This document shows positions 28,201 to 44,150 of a stretch of DNA of 64,000 nucleotides, piece after piece (position 1 is the stretch's first letter; each line of letters starts with the position of its first letter). The stretch comes from the human T2T-CHM13v2.0 reference genome, Homo sapiens, in contig CP068257.2 in assembly GCA_009914755.4 (NCBI GenBank), forward strand, positions 7,232,001 through 7,296,000, read 5' to 3'. Both the position numbers and the translations under genes were made by a program. The notes under the pieces were generated by a model. That model saw only the letters and a program-made list of their open reading frames with translations, was not told where the DNA came from and ran no database searches.

Positions 28201-30690
28201 AATGGAAAGGAATGGAGTGGAGTGGAGTAAACACCAGTGGAATGAAACGGAATGGAATGAAATAGAATGTAATGGAATGGAATGGAATGAACCCGAATGG
28301 AATGGAATGGAATGGAATGAAATCAACTCGAGTGGAATGGAAAGGAATGGAATGGAATTGAATGGAATGGAAAGGAATGGAATCAACTGCAATGGAATGA
28401 AATGGAATGGAATGGAGTGTAATGGAATGGAATGCAATGGAATCAACCCGAGTTTAATGCAACGTAATGGAATGGAATGGAATGGAATGCAATGGAATGG
28501 AATGGAATCAACCCGAGTGGAGTGGAATAAAATTGAATTGAATGGAATGGAATTAACCCGAGTGGAACGGAATGGAATGGAATGGAATGGAATGGAATCA
28601 ACCCGAATGGAGTGTAATGGAATGGAATGGAATGGAATGGAATGGAATGGAAAGGAATGGAATTGAATTAAATGGAAAGGAATGGAATCATCTGTAATTG
28701 AATGAAATGGAATGGAATGAAATGGAATGGAATGGAATCAACCCGAGTGGAGTGAAATAAAATGGAATGGAATGGAATGGAATCCACCCGAGTGGAACAG
28801 AATGGGATGGATCCGAATGGAATGGAATGGAATGCAATGGCATGGATTGGAATGGAATGGCATGGAATCAACCCGAGTGTAATGGAATGGAATGGACTTC
28901 AATGGAATGGAATGGTATGGAATCAACCCGAGTGCAATATTATCGAATGGAATGGAATGGAATGGAATGGAATGGAAAGGAATGGAATAAAATATAATGG
29001 AATGGAATGGAATTAACCGGAGTGGAATGGAATGGATTGCAGTGGAATGGAATATAACGGAAAAAATGGAATTAAATGGAAAGGAACAGAATGGAATCAA
29101 CACGAGTGGAAGGGAATGTAATGGAATGTAGTGGAATCAACCAAAGTGGAATGGAATGGAATGGAATGCAATGGAATGAAACGGAATATAATGGAAAGGA
29201 ATGGAAACATCCCGAGTGGAATGGAATGGTATGGAATGCAATGGAACGGAATGGAACAGAACGGAATGGAATGGAATGGAATAGATTGAATCAGACAGGA
29301 ATTGAATGGAGAGGAATGGATTGGAATGGAATGCAATGGATTCAAACATAGTTGAATGGAATGGAATGGAATGGAATGGAAAGGAATGGAATGGAATGGA
29401 ATGGAATGGAGTGGAATGGAATGGAGTGGAATCAACACGAATGGAATGGAATGGAATGGAATGGAATGCAATGGAATGGAATGGAATGGAATGGAAACAA
29501 CACAAATAGAATGGAACGGAATGGAATGGAATGCTGTGGAATGGAATGGAATGGAATGAAATAAACACGAATAGAATGGAACGGAATGGAATGGAATGGA
29601 ATGGAGTGAAATGGAAAGGAACTGAATGGAACTAACCCGAGTGGAATTGAATGGAATGGAAAGGAATCAACCCGAGTGGAATGAAATGGAATGTAATGCA
29701 ATGGAATGGAGCGAAATCCACCTTAGTGGAATGGCATGGAATGGAATGGAATGGAATGGAATGGAATGGAATGGAATGCAATGCAATGGAATGGAATGGA
29801 ACAGAACGGAAAGGAATGGAATGGAATAGATTGAATCCGAGAGTAATTGACTGGAGTTGAATGGATTGGAATGGAATGCAAGGGATTCAACTCAGTTGAA
29901 TGTCATGGATTGGAAAGGAGTGGAATGGAATGGAATGGAAAGGAGTGGAATGGAATGGAATGGAATCAACACGAATGGAATGGAACGGAAAGGAATGGAA
30001 TGGAATGGAATGGAAACAACACGAGTGGAATGGAACGGAACGGAATGGAATGGAATGCTGTGGAATGGAATGGAATGGAATGAAATAAACACGAATAGAA
30101 TGGAACGCAATGGAATGGAAAGGAATGGAATGGAATGGAATGGAATGGAATGGAATGGAATGGAACGGAATCAAACCTAATGGAATGGAATGGAATGGAA
30201 TGTTGAGGAATCAACCCGAATGGAATGCAATGGAATCGAATGCAATGGAATGGCATGGAACAGAACGGTAAGTAATGGAATGCAATAGATTGAATCCGAG
30301 AGGAATTGACTGGAGTGGAATGGATTGGAATGGAAAGCAAGGGATTCAACCCAGTTGAATGTCACGGATTGGAAAGGAGTGGAATGGAATGGAATGGAAA
30401 GCAGTGGAATTAAATGGAATGGTATCAACACGAATGGAATGGAACGGAATGGAATGGAATGGAATTGAATTGAATGGAATGGAATGGAATGGAACGTAAT
30501 GGAATGGAATGCTGTGGAATCCAATGGAATGGAATGAAATAAAAACGAATAGAATGGAACGGAATGGAATGGAAAGGAATGGAATGGAATGGATTGGAAT
30601 GGAATGCAAGGGATTCAACCCAGTTGAATGTCATGGATTGCAAAGGAGTGGAATGGAATGGAATGGAAAGGAGTGGAATGGAATGGAATG

Positions 30691-30870
30691 GAATCAACAA
30701 GGTTGGAAAGGAACGGAATGGAATGTAATGGAAACAACACGAACGGAATGGAACGGAACGGAATGGAATGGAATGGAATGGAATCAACAAGGTTGGAAAG
30801 GAACGGAATGGAATGTAATGGAAACAACACGAATGGAATGGAACGGAATGGAATGGAATGGAATGCTGTG
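30691..30870. repeat. 90-bp local tandem duplication (gaatcaacaaggttggaaaggaacggaatggaatgtaatggaaacaacacgaa... x2)
   Basis: 30691-30780 and 30781-30870 are near-identical. This produces the internally repeated ORF 30628..30906 (NGMESTRLERNGMECNGNNTNGMERNGMEWNG twice). Confidence 0.85.
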
Positions 30871-33800
30871 GAATGGAAAGAATTGGAACGAAATAAACAC
30901 GAATAGAATGGAACAGAATGCAATGGAATGGAATGGAATGGAATGGAATGGAATGAAATGGAAAGGAACGGAATGGAATTAACCCGAGTGGAACGGAATG
31001 GAATGGAAAGGAATCAACCCGAGTGAAATGAAATGGAATGTAATGCAATGGAATGGAGCGGAATCAACCTGAGACGAATGCAATGGAATGGAATGGAAAG
31101 GAGTGGAATGGAAAGGAATGGAATGGAATGCAATGGGATGCAATGGAACGGAATGGAATCCAATGGAATCAACTGGAATGGAATAGCATAGAATGGAATG
31201 GAATGGAATGGAATCAATCCGGGAGGAATGGAATGGAATGTATGGAGTGGAATAGAATAGAATGGAGCGGAATGGAATGGAACGGAATGCAGTGGAATTT
31301 AATCAAATGGAATCAACCCGAATGGAATGGAACGGAATGGAATGGAAAGGAATGGAATGAAATGGAAAGGAATGGAATGGAATGGAATGGAATGGAACGG
31401 AATCAACCCGAATGGCATGGAATGGGATGGAATGGAATGGAATGGAATGCAATGGAATGCTCTGGAATCAACCCGAGTGTAAGGGAAATGCATGGAATGG
31501 AATGGAATGGAATGGAATCAACCCAAGTGCAATGGAATGGAATGGAATGCAACGGAATCAACCCGAGTTGAATGGAATGGAAAGGAATGGTATGAAATGG
31601 AATGGAAAGGAATGGAATGGAATCAACCCGAATGGAATGTAATGGAATGGAAAGGAATGAATGGAATGGAATTGAATGGAATGCAATGGAATGGTATGGA
31701 ATCAACCCGAGTGGAATGGAATGGAATGGAATGGAATAGAATGGAATGGAATGGAATGGAATGCAATGGAATAGAATGGCATGGAAACGAACGGAATGGA
31801 ATGGAATGGAATGGAATGGAATGGAATGGAATGGAAAGGAATGGAATGGAATTTAAATGAACCTGAATGGAATGGAATGGAAAGGAATGCAATGGAATAA
31901 AATGGAATGGAATGAACCCGAATGGAATGGAATGGAATGGAATGGAATGGAATGGAATGGAATGGAAACAACACGAATGGAATGGAACGGAAAGGAATGG
32001 ATTGGAAAGCTGTAGAATGGAAAAAATTGGAATGAAATACACACGAATAGACTGGAACGGAATGGAATGGAAAGGAATGGAATGGAGTGGAATGGAATGG
32101 AATGGAATGGAATGGAATGGAATGGAAACAACACGAATAGAATGGAACGGAATGTAATGGAATGCTGTGGAATGGAATGGAATGGAATGAAATAAACACG
32201 AATAGAATGGAACGGAATGGAATGGAATGGAATGGAATGGAATGGAATGGAATGGAGTGAAATGGAAAGGAACGGAATGGAATTAACCCGAGTGGAATTG
32301 AATGGAATTGAAAGGAATCAACCCGAGTGGAATGAAATGGAATGTAATGCAATGGAATGGAGCGGAATCAACCTGAGTGAAATGGAATGGAATGGAATGG
32401 AATGGAATGCAATGGAACGGAATGGAAAGGAATGGAATGGAATCATCCCGAGTGGAATGGAATGGAATGGAATGGAACAGAACGGAAAGGAATGGAATGG
32501 AATAGATTGAATCCGAGAGGAATTGACTGGAGTGGAATGGATACGAACGGAATGCAAGGGATTCAACCCAGTTGAATATCATGGATTGGAAAGGAGTGGA
32601 ATGGAATGGAATGGAAAGGAGTGCAATGGAATGGAATGGAATCAACACGAATGGAATGGAACGGAATGGAATGGAATGGAATGGAATGGAATGGAATGGA
32701 ATGGAATGGAAACAACACGAATGGAATGGAACGGAACGGAATGGAATGGAATGCTGTGGAATGGAAAGAATTGGAATGAAATAAACACGAATAGAATGGA
32801 ACGGAATGGAATGGAAAGGAATGGAATGGAATGGAATAGAAACAACACGAATAGAATGGAACGGAATGTACTGGAATGCTGTGGAATGGAATGGAATGGA
32901 ATGAAATAAACACGAATAGAATGGAACGGAATGGAATGGAATGGAATGAAATGGAATGGAATGGAGTGAAATGGAAAGGAACGGATTGGAATTAACCCGA
33001 GTGGAATTCAATGAAATGGAAAGGAATCAACTCGAGTGGAAAGAAATGGAATGTAATGCAATGGAATGGAGCGGAATCAACCTGAGTGTAATGGAATGGA
33101 ATGGAATGGAATGGAATGGAATGGAATGCAATGGTATGAAATGGAATGCAATGGAATGGAATCAACCCGAATGGAATGGAACGGAATGGAATGGAAAGGA
33201 ATCGAATGGAATGGAATGAAATGGAATGGAATGGAATGGAATGGGAACATCCCGAATGGAATGGAATGGTATGGAATGCAATGGAATGGAATGGAACAGA
33301 ACGGAAAGGAATGGAATGGAATAGATTGAATCCGAGAAGAATTGACTGGAGTGGAATGGATTGGAATGGAATGCAAGGGATTCAACCCAGTTAAACGTCA
33401 TGGATTGGAAAGGAGTGGAATGGAATGGAATGGAAAGGAGTGGAATGGAATGGAATGGAATGGAATCAACACGAATGGAATGGAACGGAATGGAATGAAA
33501 TGGAATGGAATGGAATGGAATGGAACGGAACGCAATGGAAGGGAATGGAATGAAATAAACACGAATAGAATGGAACGGAATGGAAGGGAAAGGAATGGAA
33601 TGGAATGCAATGGAATGGAATGGAAAGAAATGGAGAGGAACGGAATGGAATTAACTTGAGTGGAACGGAATGGAATGGAAAGGAATCAACCCGAGTGGAA
33701 TGAAATGGAATGTAATGCAATGGAATGGAGCAGAATCAACCTGAGACGAATGCAATGGAATGGAATGGAAAGGAGTGGAATGGAATGGAATGGAATGGTA

Positions 33801-36710
33801 TGGAACGGAATGGAATCCAATGGAATCAGCTGGAATGGAATAGCATAGAATGGAATGGAATGGAATGGAATCCATCCGGGTGGAAAGGAATGGAATGTAT
33901 GGAGTGGAATGGAATGGAATGGAGTGGAATGGAATGGAATGGAATGCAGTGGAAATTAATGGAATGGAATGAACCCGAATGGAATGGAACAGAATGGAAT
34001 GGCATGGAATGGAATGGAATGGAATGGAATGGAATGGAATGGAATCAACCAGAATGGGATGGAATGGAATGGAATAGAATGGAATGGAATGGAATGGAAT
34101 CAACCCTAATGGGATGGAATGGAATGGAATGGAATGGAACGCAATTGAATGCAATGGAATGCTATGGAATCAACCAGAGTGTAAGGGAAATGCATGGAAT
34201 GGAATGGAATGGAATGGAATCAACCCAAGTGAAATGGAATGGAATGGAGTGCAACGGAATCAACCCGAGTGGAATCGAATGGAAAGGAATGGAATGAAAT
34301 GGAATGGAAAGGAATGGAATGGAATCAACCCGAATGGAATGTAAAGGAATAGAAAGGTATGAATGGAATGGAATGGAATGGAATGGAATGGAATGGAATG
34401 GAATGGAATGGAATAGTATGGAATCAACCCGAGTGGAATGGATTGGACTGGAATGGAATAGAATGGAATGGAATGGAATGGAACGGAATGGAATGGACTG
34501 GAATGGAATGGAATGAACCCGAAAGGAACGGAATGGAAAGGAATGCAATGGAATAAAATGGAATGGAATCAACCCGCATGGAATGTAACGGAATTGAATG
34601 GAAAGGAATGGAATGGAATGGAATGGAATGGAATGGAATGGAATGGAATGGAATGGAACGGAATGGAATGGAATCATCCCGAGTGGAATGGAATGGTATG
34701 GATTGCAATGGACTGGAATGGAACAGAATGGAAAGGAATGGAATGGAATAGATTGAATCCGAGAGGAATTGACTGGAGTGGAATGGATTGTAATGGAATG
34801 CAAGGGATTCAACCCAGTTGAATGTCATAGATTGGAAAGGAGAGGAATGGAATGGAATGGAAATTAGTGGAATGGAATGGAATGAAACCAACACGAATGG
34901 AATGGAACGGAATGGAATGAAATGGAATGGAATGGAATGGAATGGAAACAAATCGAATGGAATGGAACGGAACGGAATGGAATGGAATGCTGTGGAATGG
35001 AAAGAATTGGAATGAAATAAGCACGAATAGAACGGAACGGAATGGAATGGAAAGGAATGGAATGGAATGGAATGGAAACAACACGAATAGAATGGAACGG
35101 AATGGAATGGAATGCTGTGGAAAGGAATGGAATGGAATGAAATAAACACGAATAGAATGGAACGGAATGGAATGGAATGGAATGGAATGGAATGGAATGG
35201 AGTGAAGTGGAAAGGAATGGCATGGATTTAACCCGAGTGGAATTGAATGGAATGGAAAGGAATCAATCCGAGTGGAATGAAATGGAATGGAATGCAATGG
35301 AATGGAGCGGAATCAACCTGAGTGGAATGGGATGGAATGGAATGGAATGCAATGGAATGGAATGGAATGGAATGGAATGGAATCAACCAGAATGGAATGG
35401 AACGGAATGCAATGGAAAGGAATGGAATGGAATGGAATTGAATGGAATGGACTGGAATGGAATGAAATGGAATAATCCCGAGTGGAACGGAATGGTATAG
35501 AATGCAATGGAATGGAATGGAAGAGAATGGAAAGGAATGGAATGGAATAGATTGAATCCGAGAGGAATTGACTGGAGTGGAATGGATTGGAACGGAATGC
35601 AAGGGATTCCACTGAGTTGAATGTCATGGATTGGAAAGGAGTGGAATGGAATGGAATGGAAAAGACTGGAATGGAATGGAATGGAATCAACACGAATGGA
35701 ATGGAACGGAACGGAATGGAATGGAATGGAATGCAACGGAATGGAATGGAATGGAGTGAAATGGAAAGGAAGGGATTGGAATTAACCCGAGTGGAATTGA
35801 ATGGAATGGAAAGGAATCAACTCGAGTGGAATGAAATGGAATGTAATGCAATGGAATGGAGCAGAATCAACCTGAGTCGAATGCAATGGAATGGAATGGA
35901 AAGGAGTGGAATGGAATGGAATGGAATGGAATGGAATGGAATGGAACGGAATGGAATCCAATGGAATCAGCTGGAATGGAATAGCATAGAATGGAATGGA
36001 ATGGAATGGAATCAATCCGGGTGGAAAGGAAGGGAATGTATGGAGTGGAATGGAATGGAATGGAGTGGAATGGAATGGAATGGAATGCAGTGGAATTTAA
36101 TGGAATGGAATCAACCCGAAAGGAATGGAACACAATGGAATGGAATGGAATGGAATGGAATGGAATGGAATGAACCCGAATAGGATGGAATGGAATGGAA
36201 TGGAATGGAATGGAATGGAATGGAATCAAACCGAATGGGATGGAATGGAATGAAATGTAATGGAATGCAATGGAATGCTATGGAATCAAACCGAGTGTAA
36301 GGGAAATGCATGGAATGGAATGGAATGGAATGGAATCAACCCAAATGCAATGGAATGGAATGGAATGCAACGGAATCACCCCGAGTGGAATGGAATGGAA
36401 AGGAATGGAATGAAATGGAATGGAAAGGAATGGAATGGGATCAACCCGAATGGAATGTAATGGAATGGAAAGATATGAATGGAATGGAAGGGAATGGAAT
36501 GGTATGGAATCAACCTGAGTGGAATGCATTGGACTGGAATGGAATAGAATGGAATGGAATGGAATGCAATGGAATGGAAGGAAATGGAATGGAACGGAAT
36601 GGAATGGAATTGAATGGGATGGAATGAACCCGAAAGGAACGGAATGGAATGGAAAGGAATCAATCCGAGTGGAATGAAATGGAATGTAATGCAATAGAAT
36701 GGAGCGGAAT

Positions 36711-39700
36711 CAACCTGAGTCGAATGCAATGGAATGAAATGGAAAGGAGTGGAATGGAATGGAATGGAATGGAATGGAATGGAATGGAACCGAATGGACT
36801 CCAATGGAATCAACTGGAATGGAATAGCATAGAATGGAATGGAATGTAATGGAATCAATCCGGGTGGAAAGTAATGGAATATATGTAGTGGAATGGAATG
36901 GAATGGAGTGGAATGGAATGGAATGGAATGCAGTGGAATTTAATGGAATGGAATCAACCCGAATGGAACGGAATGGAATGGAATGGAATGGAATGGAATG
37001 GAATGGAATGGAATGGAATCAACCAGAATGGGATGGAATGGAATGGAATGGAATGGAATGCAATGGAATGCTATGGAATCAACCCGAGTGTAAGGGAAAT
37101 GCATGCAACGGAATGGAATGGAATGGAATGGAATGGAATGGAGTGAAATGGAAAGGAACGGAATGGAATTAACCCGAGTGGAATTGAATGGAATGGAAGG
37201 GAATCAACCCGAGTGGAATGAAATGGAATGTAATGCAATGGAATGGAGCGGAATCAACCTGAGTGGAATGGAATAGAATGGAAGGGAATGGAATGCAATG
37301 GAACGGAATGGAATGGAATGGAATGGAATCATCCCGAGTGGAATGGAATGGTATGGAATGCAATGGAATGGAATGGAACAGAACGGAAAGGAATGGAATG
37401 GAATAGATTGAATCCGAGAGGAATTCACTGGAGTGGAATGGATTAGAATGGAATGCAAGGGATTCAACCCAGTTGAATGTCATGGATTGGAAAGCAGTGG
37501 AATGGAATGGAATGGAAAGGAGTGGAATGGAATGGAATGGAATCAACACGAATGGAATGGAACGGAATGGAATGGAACGGAATGGAATGGAATGGAATGG
37601 AATGGAAACAACACGAATGGAATGGAATGGAACGGCAGGGAATGGAATGCTGTGGAATGGAAAGAATTGGAATAAAATAAACACGAATAGAATGGAACCG
37701 AATGGAATGGAAAGGAATGGAATGGAATGGCATGGAATGGAATGGAATGGAATGGAATGGAATGGAAACAACACGAATAGAATGGAACGGAATGGAATGG
37801 AATGCTGTGGAATGGAATGGAATGGAATGAAATAAACACGAATAGAATGGAACGGAATGGAATGGAATGGAATGGAATGGAATGGAGTGAAATGGAAAGG
37901 AACGGATTGGAATTAACCCGAGTGGAATTGAATGGAATGGAATGGAATGGAATGGAATGGAATGGAATGGAATGCAATGGAATGGAATGGAATGGAATGG
38001 AATGCAATGGAATGGAATGGAATGGAATCAACGCGAATGGAATGGAACGGAATGGAATGGAAAGGAATGGAAAGGAATGGAATGGAATGGAATGGAACGG
38101 AATGGACTGGAATGGAATGGAATCATCCCGAGTGGAATGGAATGGAATGGGATGGAACAGAACGGAAAGGAATGGAATGGAATAGATTGAATCCGAGAGG
38201 AATTGACTGCAGTGGAATGGATTGGAATGGAATGCAAGGGATTCAACCCAGTTGAATATCATGGATTGGAAAGGAGTAGAATGGAATGGAATGGGAAGGA
38301 GTGGAATGGAATGGAATGGAATCAACACGAATGGAATGGAACGGAATGGAATGAAATGGAATGGAATGGAATGGTATGGAAACAACACGAATGGAATGGA
38401 ACGGAACGGAATGGAATGGAATGGTATGGAAACAACACGAATGGAATGGAACGGAACGGAATGGAATGGAATGCTGTGGAATGGAATGGAATGGAATGAA
38501 ATAAACACGAATAGAATGCCTCGGAATGGAATGGAAAGGAATGGAGTGGAAAGGAATGGAACGGAATGAAATGGAGAGGTACGGAATGGTATTAACCCGA
38601 GTGGAATGGAATGGAATGGAAAGGAATCAACCCCAGTAGAACGAAATGGAATGTAATGCAATGGAATGGAGCAGAATCAACCTGAGTCGAATGCAATGGA
38701 ATGGAATGGAAAGGAGTGGAATGGAATGGAATGGAATGGAATGGAACGGAATGGAATCCAATGGAATCAGCTGGAATGGAATAGCATAGAATGGAATGGA
38801 ATGGAATGCAATCAATCCGGGTGGATAGGAATGGAATGTATGGATTGGAATGGAATGGAATGGAGTGGAATGGAATGGAATGGAATGGAATACAATGGAA
38901 TGGAATGGAATGGAATGGAATGGAATGGAATGGAAAGGAATAGAATGGAAAGGAATCAACCCGAATGGGATGGAATGGAATGGGATGGAATGGAATGGAA
39001 TGGAATGGAATGCAATGGAATGCTATGGAATCAACCCGAGGGTAAGGGAAATGAATGGAATGGAATGGAATGGAATGGAATAAACCCAAGTGCAATGGAA
39101 TGGAATCAACCCAAGTGCAATGGAATGGAATGGAATGCAACGGAATCAACCCGAGTGGAAAGGAATGGAAAGGAATGGAATGAAATGGAATGGAAAGGAA
39201 TGGAATGGAATCAACCCGAATGGAATGTGATGGAAGGGAAAGGTATAAATGGAATGGAATGGAATAGAATGGAATGGAATGGAATGGTATGGTATGGAAT
39301 CAACGCGAGTGGAATGGAATGGACTGGAATGGAATAGAATGGAATGGAATGGAATGGAATCAACACGAATGGAATGGAACGGAATGGAATGAAATGGAAT
39401 GGAATGGAATGGAATGGAATGAAATGGAAATGAACGGAATGGAATTAACACGAGTGGAACGGAATGGAATGGAAAGGAATCAACCCGAGTGGAATGAAAT
39501 GGAATGTAATGCAATGGAATGGAGCAGAATCAACCTGAGTCGAATGCAATGGAATGGAATGGAAAGGAGTGGAATGGAATGGAATGGAATGGAATGGAAT
39601 GGAACGGAAAGGAATCCAATGGAATCAGCTGGAATGGAATAGCATAGAATGGAATGGAATGGAATGGAATCAATCCAGGTGGAAAGGAATGAAATGTATG

Positions 39701-40350
39701 GACTGGAATGGAATGGAATGGAGTGGAATGGAATCGAAAGGAATGCAGTGGAATGTAATGGAATGGAATCAACCCGAATGGAATGGAACAGAATGGAATG
39801 GAATGGAATGGAATGGAATGGAATGGAATGGAATGGAATGGAATCAACCCGAATGGGATGGAATGGAATGGAATGGAATGGAATGCAATGGAATGCTATG
39901 GAATCAACCCGAGTTTAAGGGAAATGCATGGAATGGAATGGAATGGAATGGAATGGAATGGAATGGAATGGAATCAACCCAAGTGCAATGGAAAGGAATG
40001 GAATGCAACGGAATCAACCCGAGTGGAAGGGAATGGAAAGGAATGGAATGAAATGGAATGGAAAGGAATGGAATGGGATCAACCCGAATGGAATGTAATG
40101 GAATGGAAAGGTATGAATGGAATGGAATGGAATGGAATGCTATGGAATCAACCCGAGTGGAATGGATTAGACTGGAATGGAATAGAATGGAATGGAATGG
40201 AATGGAATGCAATGGAATGGAAGGGAATGGAATGGAACGGAATGGAATGGAATTGAATGGGATGGAATGAACCCGAAAGGAACGGAATGGAATGGAAAGG
40301 AATCAATCCGAGTGGAATGAAATGGAATGTAATGCAATGGAATGGAGCGG
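36711..40350. repeat. HOR copy 1 (about 3640 bp)
   Basis: Bounded by landmark occurrences at about 36711 and 40351. Internal sub-landmarks at 38651 and 39511. Confidence 0.7.
38373..38492. repeat. 60-bp tandem duplication (atggtatggaaacaacacgaatggaatggaacggaacggaatggaatgga x2); the same doublet recurs in later HOR copies near 45850 and 46450
   Basis: Read directly at 38341-38500. The equivalent doublets at 45841-45960 and 46441-46560 show the duplication predates HOR amplification. The middle HOR copy (about 42040) has a single unit. Confidence 0.75.
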
Positions 40351-41040
40351 AATCAACCTGAGTCGAATGCAATGGAATGAAATGGAAAGGAGTGGAATGG
40401 AATGGAATGGAATGGAATGGAATGGAACCGAATGGAATCCAATGGAATCAACTGGAATGGAATAGCATAGAATGGAATGGAATGTAATGGAATCAATCCG
40501 GGTGGAAAGTAATGGAATATATGTAGTGGAATGGAATGGAATGGAGTGGAATGGAATGGAATGGAATGCAGTGGAATTTAATGGAATGGAATCAACCCGA
40601 ATGGAACGGAATGGAATTGAATGGAATGGAATGGAATGGAATGGAATGGAATCAACCAGAATGGGATGGAATGGAATGGAATGGAATGGAATGCAATAGA
40701 ATGCTATGGAATCAACCCGAGTGTAAGGGAAATGCATGCAACGGAATGGAATGGAATGGAATGGAATGGAATGGAATGGAGTGAAATGGAAAGGAACGGA
40801 ATGGAATTAACCCGAGTGGAATTGAATGGAATGGAAGGGAATCAACCCGAGTGGAATGAAATGGAATGTAATGCAATGGAATGGAGCGGAATCAACCTGA
40901 GTGGAATGGAATAGAATGGAAGGGAATGGAATGCAATGGAACGGAATGGAATGGAATGGAATGGAATCATCCCGAGTGGAATGGAATGGTATGGAATGCA
41001 ATGGAATGCAATGGAACAGAACGGAAAGGAATGGAATGGA

Positions 41041-41135
41041 ATAGATTGAATCCGAGAGGAATTCACTGGAGTGGAATGGATTGGAATGGAATGCAAGGGA
41101 TTCAACCCAGTTGAATGTCATGGATTGGAAAGGAG
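41041..41135. repeat. Representative of the recurring ~100-bp non-pentameric block, variant B (atagattgaatccgagaggaattgactggagtggaatggattggaatggaatgcaagggattcaacccagttgaatgtcatggattggaaaggagtgg)
   Basis: Near-identical copies by eye at about 11690, 13850, 15570, 18800, 21180, 21470, 23030, 24650, 26070, 27440, 27760, 29880, 30340, 30610, 32560, 33370, 34800, 35600, 37460, 38240, 41100, 41910, 44910, 45710 and 55110. Confidence 0.75.
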
Positions 41136-42780
41136 TGGAATGGAATGGAATGGAAAGGAGTGGAATGGAATGGAATGGAATCAACACGAATGGAATGGAA
41201 CGGAATGGAATGGAACGGAATGGAATGGAATGGAATGGAATGGAATGGAATGGAATGGAAACAACACGAATGGAATGGAACGGAACGGCAGGGAATGGAA
41301 TGCTGTGGAATGGAAAGAATTGGAATAAAATAAACACGAATAGAATGGAACCGAATGGAATGGAAAGGAATGGAATGGAATGGCATGGAATGGAATGGAA
41401 TGGAATGGAATGGAAACAACACGAATAGAATGGAACGGAATGGAATGGAATGCTGTGGAATGGAATGGAATGGAATGAAATAAACACGAATAGAATGGAA
41501 CGGAATGGAATGGAATGGAATGGAATGGAATGGAATGGAATGGAATGGAGTGAAATGGAAAGGAACGGATTGGAATTAACCCGAGTGGAATTGAATGGAA
41601 TGGAATGGAATGGAATGGAATGCAATGGAATGGAATGGAATGGAATGGAATGGAATGGAATGGAATGGAATGGAATGCAATGGAATGGAATGGAATGGAA
41701 TCAACGCGAATGGAATGGAACGGAATGGAATGGAAAGGAATGGAAAGGAATGGAATGGAATGGAATGGAACGGAATGGACTGGAATGGAATGGAATCATC
41801 CCGAGTGGAATGGAATGGAATGGGATGGAACAGAACGGAAACGAATGGAATGGAATAGATTGAATCCGAGAGGAATTGACTGCAGTGGAATGGATTGGAA
41901 TGGAATGCAAGGGATTCAACCCAGTTGAATATCATGGATTGGAAAGGAGTGGAATGGAATGGAATGGGAAGGAGTGGAATGGAATGGAATGGAATCAACA
42001 CGAATGGAATGGAACGGAATGGGATGAAATGGAATGGAATGGAATGGTATGGAAACAACACGAATGGAATGGAACGGAACGGAATGGAATGGAATGCTGT
42101 GGAATGGAATGGAATGGAATGAAATAAACACGAATAGAATGCCTCGGAATGGAATGGAAAGGAATGGAGTGGAAGGGAATGGAACGGAATGAAATGGAGA
42201 GGTACTGAATGGAACTAACCCGAGTGGAATGGAATGGAATGGAAAGGAATCAACCCGAGTAGAATGAAATGGAATGTAATGCAAAGGAATGGAGCAGAAT
42301 CAACCTGAGTCGAGTGCAATGGAATGGAATGGAAAGGAGTGGAATGGAATGGAATGGAATGGAATGGAATGGAACAGAATGGAATCCAATGGAATCAGCT
42401 GGAATGGAATAGCATAGAATGGAATGGAATGGAATGCAATCAATCCGGGTGGATAGGAATGGAATGTATGGATTGGAATGGAATGGAATGGAGTGGAATG
42501 GAATGGAATGGAATGCAGTGGAAATTAATGGAATGGAATCAACCCGAATGGAATGGAACAGAATGGAATGGAATGGAATGGAATGGAATGGAATGGAATG
42601 GAATACAATGGAATGGAATGGAATGGAATGGAATGGAATGGAATAGAATGGAATGGAATCAACCCGAATGGGATGGAATGGAATGGGATGGAATGGAATG
42701 GAATGGAATGGAATGCAATGGAATGCTATGGAATCAACCCGAGGGTAAGGGAAATGAATGGAATGGAATGGAATGGAATG

Positions 42781-43000
42781 GAATAAACCCAAGTGCAATG
42801 GAATGGAATCCACCCAAGTGCAATGGAATGGAATGGAATGCAACGGAATCAACCCGAGTGGAAAGGAATGGAAAGGAATGGAATGGAATGGAATAAACCC
42901 AAGTGCAATGGAATGGAATCCACCCAAGTGCAATGGAATGGAATGGAATGCAACGGAATCAACCCGAGTGGAAAGGAATGGAAAGGAATGGAATGAAATG
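42781..43000. repeat. 110-bp local tandem duplication (gaataaacccaagtgcaatggaatggaatccacccaagtgcaatgg...caacccgagtggaaaggaatggaaaggaatgg x2), private to HOR copy 2
   Basis: 42781-42890 equals 42891-43000. The homologous position in HOR copy 1 (about 39071-39180) is single-copy. Confidence 0.85.
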
Positions 43001-44150
43001 GAATGGAAAGGAATGGAATGGAATCAACCCGAATGGAATGTGATGGAATGGAAAGGTATAAATGGAATGGAATGGAATAGAATGGAATGGAATGGAATGG
43101 TATGGTATGGAATCAACGCGAGTGGAATGGAATGGACTGGAATGGAATAGAATGGAATGGAATGGAATGGAATCAACACGAATGGAATGGAACGGAATGG
43201 AATGAAATGGAATGGAATGGAATGGAATGGAATGGAATGAAATGGAAATGAATGGAATGGAATTTACACGAGTGGAACGGAATGGAATGGAAAGGAATCA
43301 ACCCGAGTGGAATGAAATGGAATGTAATGCAATGGAATGGAGGAGAATCAACCTGAGTCGAATGCAATGGAATGGAATGGAAAGGAGTGGAATGGAATGG
43401 AATGGAATGGAATGGAATGGAACGGAAAGGAATCCAATGGAATCAGCTGGAATGGAATAGCATAGAATGGAATGGAATGGAATGGAATCAATCCAGGTGG
43501 AAAGGAATGAAATGTATGGAGTGGAATGGAATGGAATGGAGTGGAATGGAATCGAATGGAATGCAGTGGAATGTAATGGAATGGAATCAAGCCGAATGGA
43601 ATGGAACAGAATGGAATGGAATGGAATGGAATGGAATGGAATGGAATGGAATGGAATCAACCCGAATGGGATGGAATGGAATGGAATGGAATGGAATGCA
43701 ATGGAATGCTATGGAATCAACCCGAGTTTAAGGGAAATGCATGGAATGGAATGGAATGGAATGGAATGGAATGAAATGGAATCAACCCAAGTGCAAGGGA
43801 AAGGAATGGAATGCAACGGAATCAACCCGAGTGGAATGGAATGGAAAGGAATGGAATCAAATGGAATGGAAAGGAATGGAATGGGATCAACCCGAATGGA
43901 ATGTAATGGAATGGAAAGGTATGAATGGAATGGAATGGAATGGAATGGTATGGAATCAACCCGAGTGGAATGGATTGGACTGGAATGGAATAGAATGGAA
44001 TGGAATGGAATGGAATGCAATGGAATGGAAGGGAATGGAATGGAACGGAATGGAATGGAATTGAATGGGGTGGAATGAACCCGAAAGGAACGGAATGGAA
44101 TGGAAAGGAATCAATCCGAGTGGAATGAAATGGAATGTAATGCAATGGAA

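Larger units (their letters stand above)
40351..44150. repeat. HOR copy 2 (about 3800 bp; longer because of local duplications including 42781-43000)
   Basis: Bounded by landmarks at about 40351 and 44151. Internal sub-landmarks at 42287 and 43331. Confidence 0.7.
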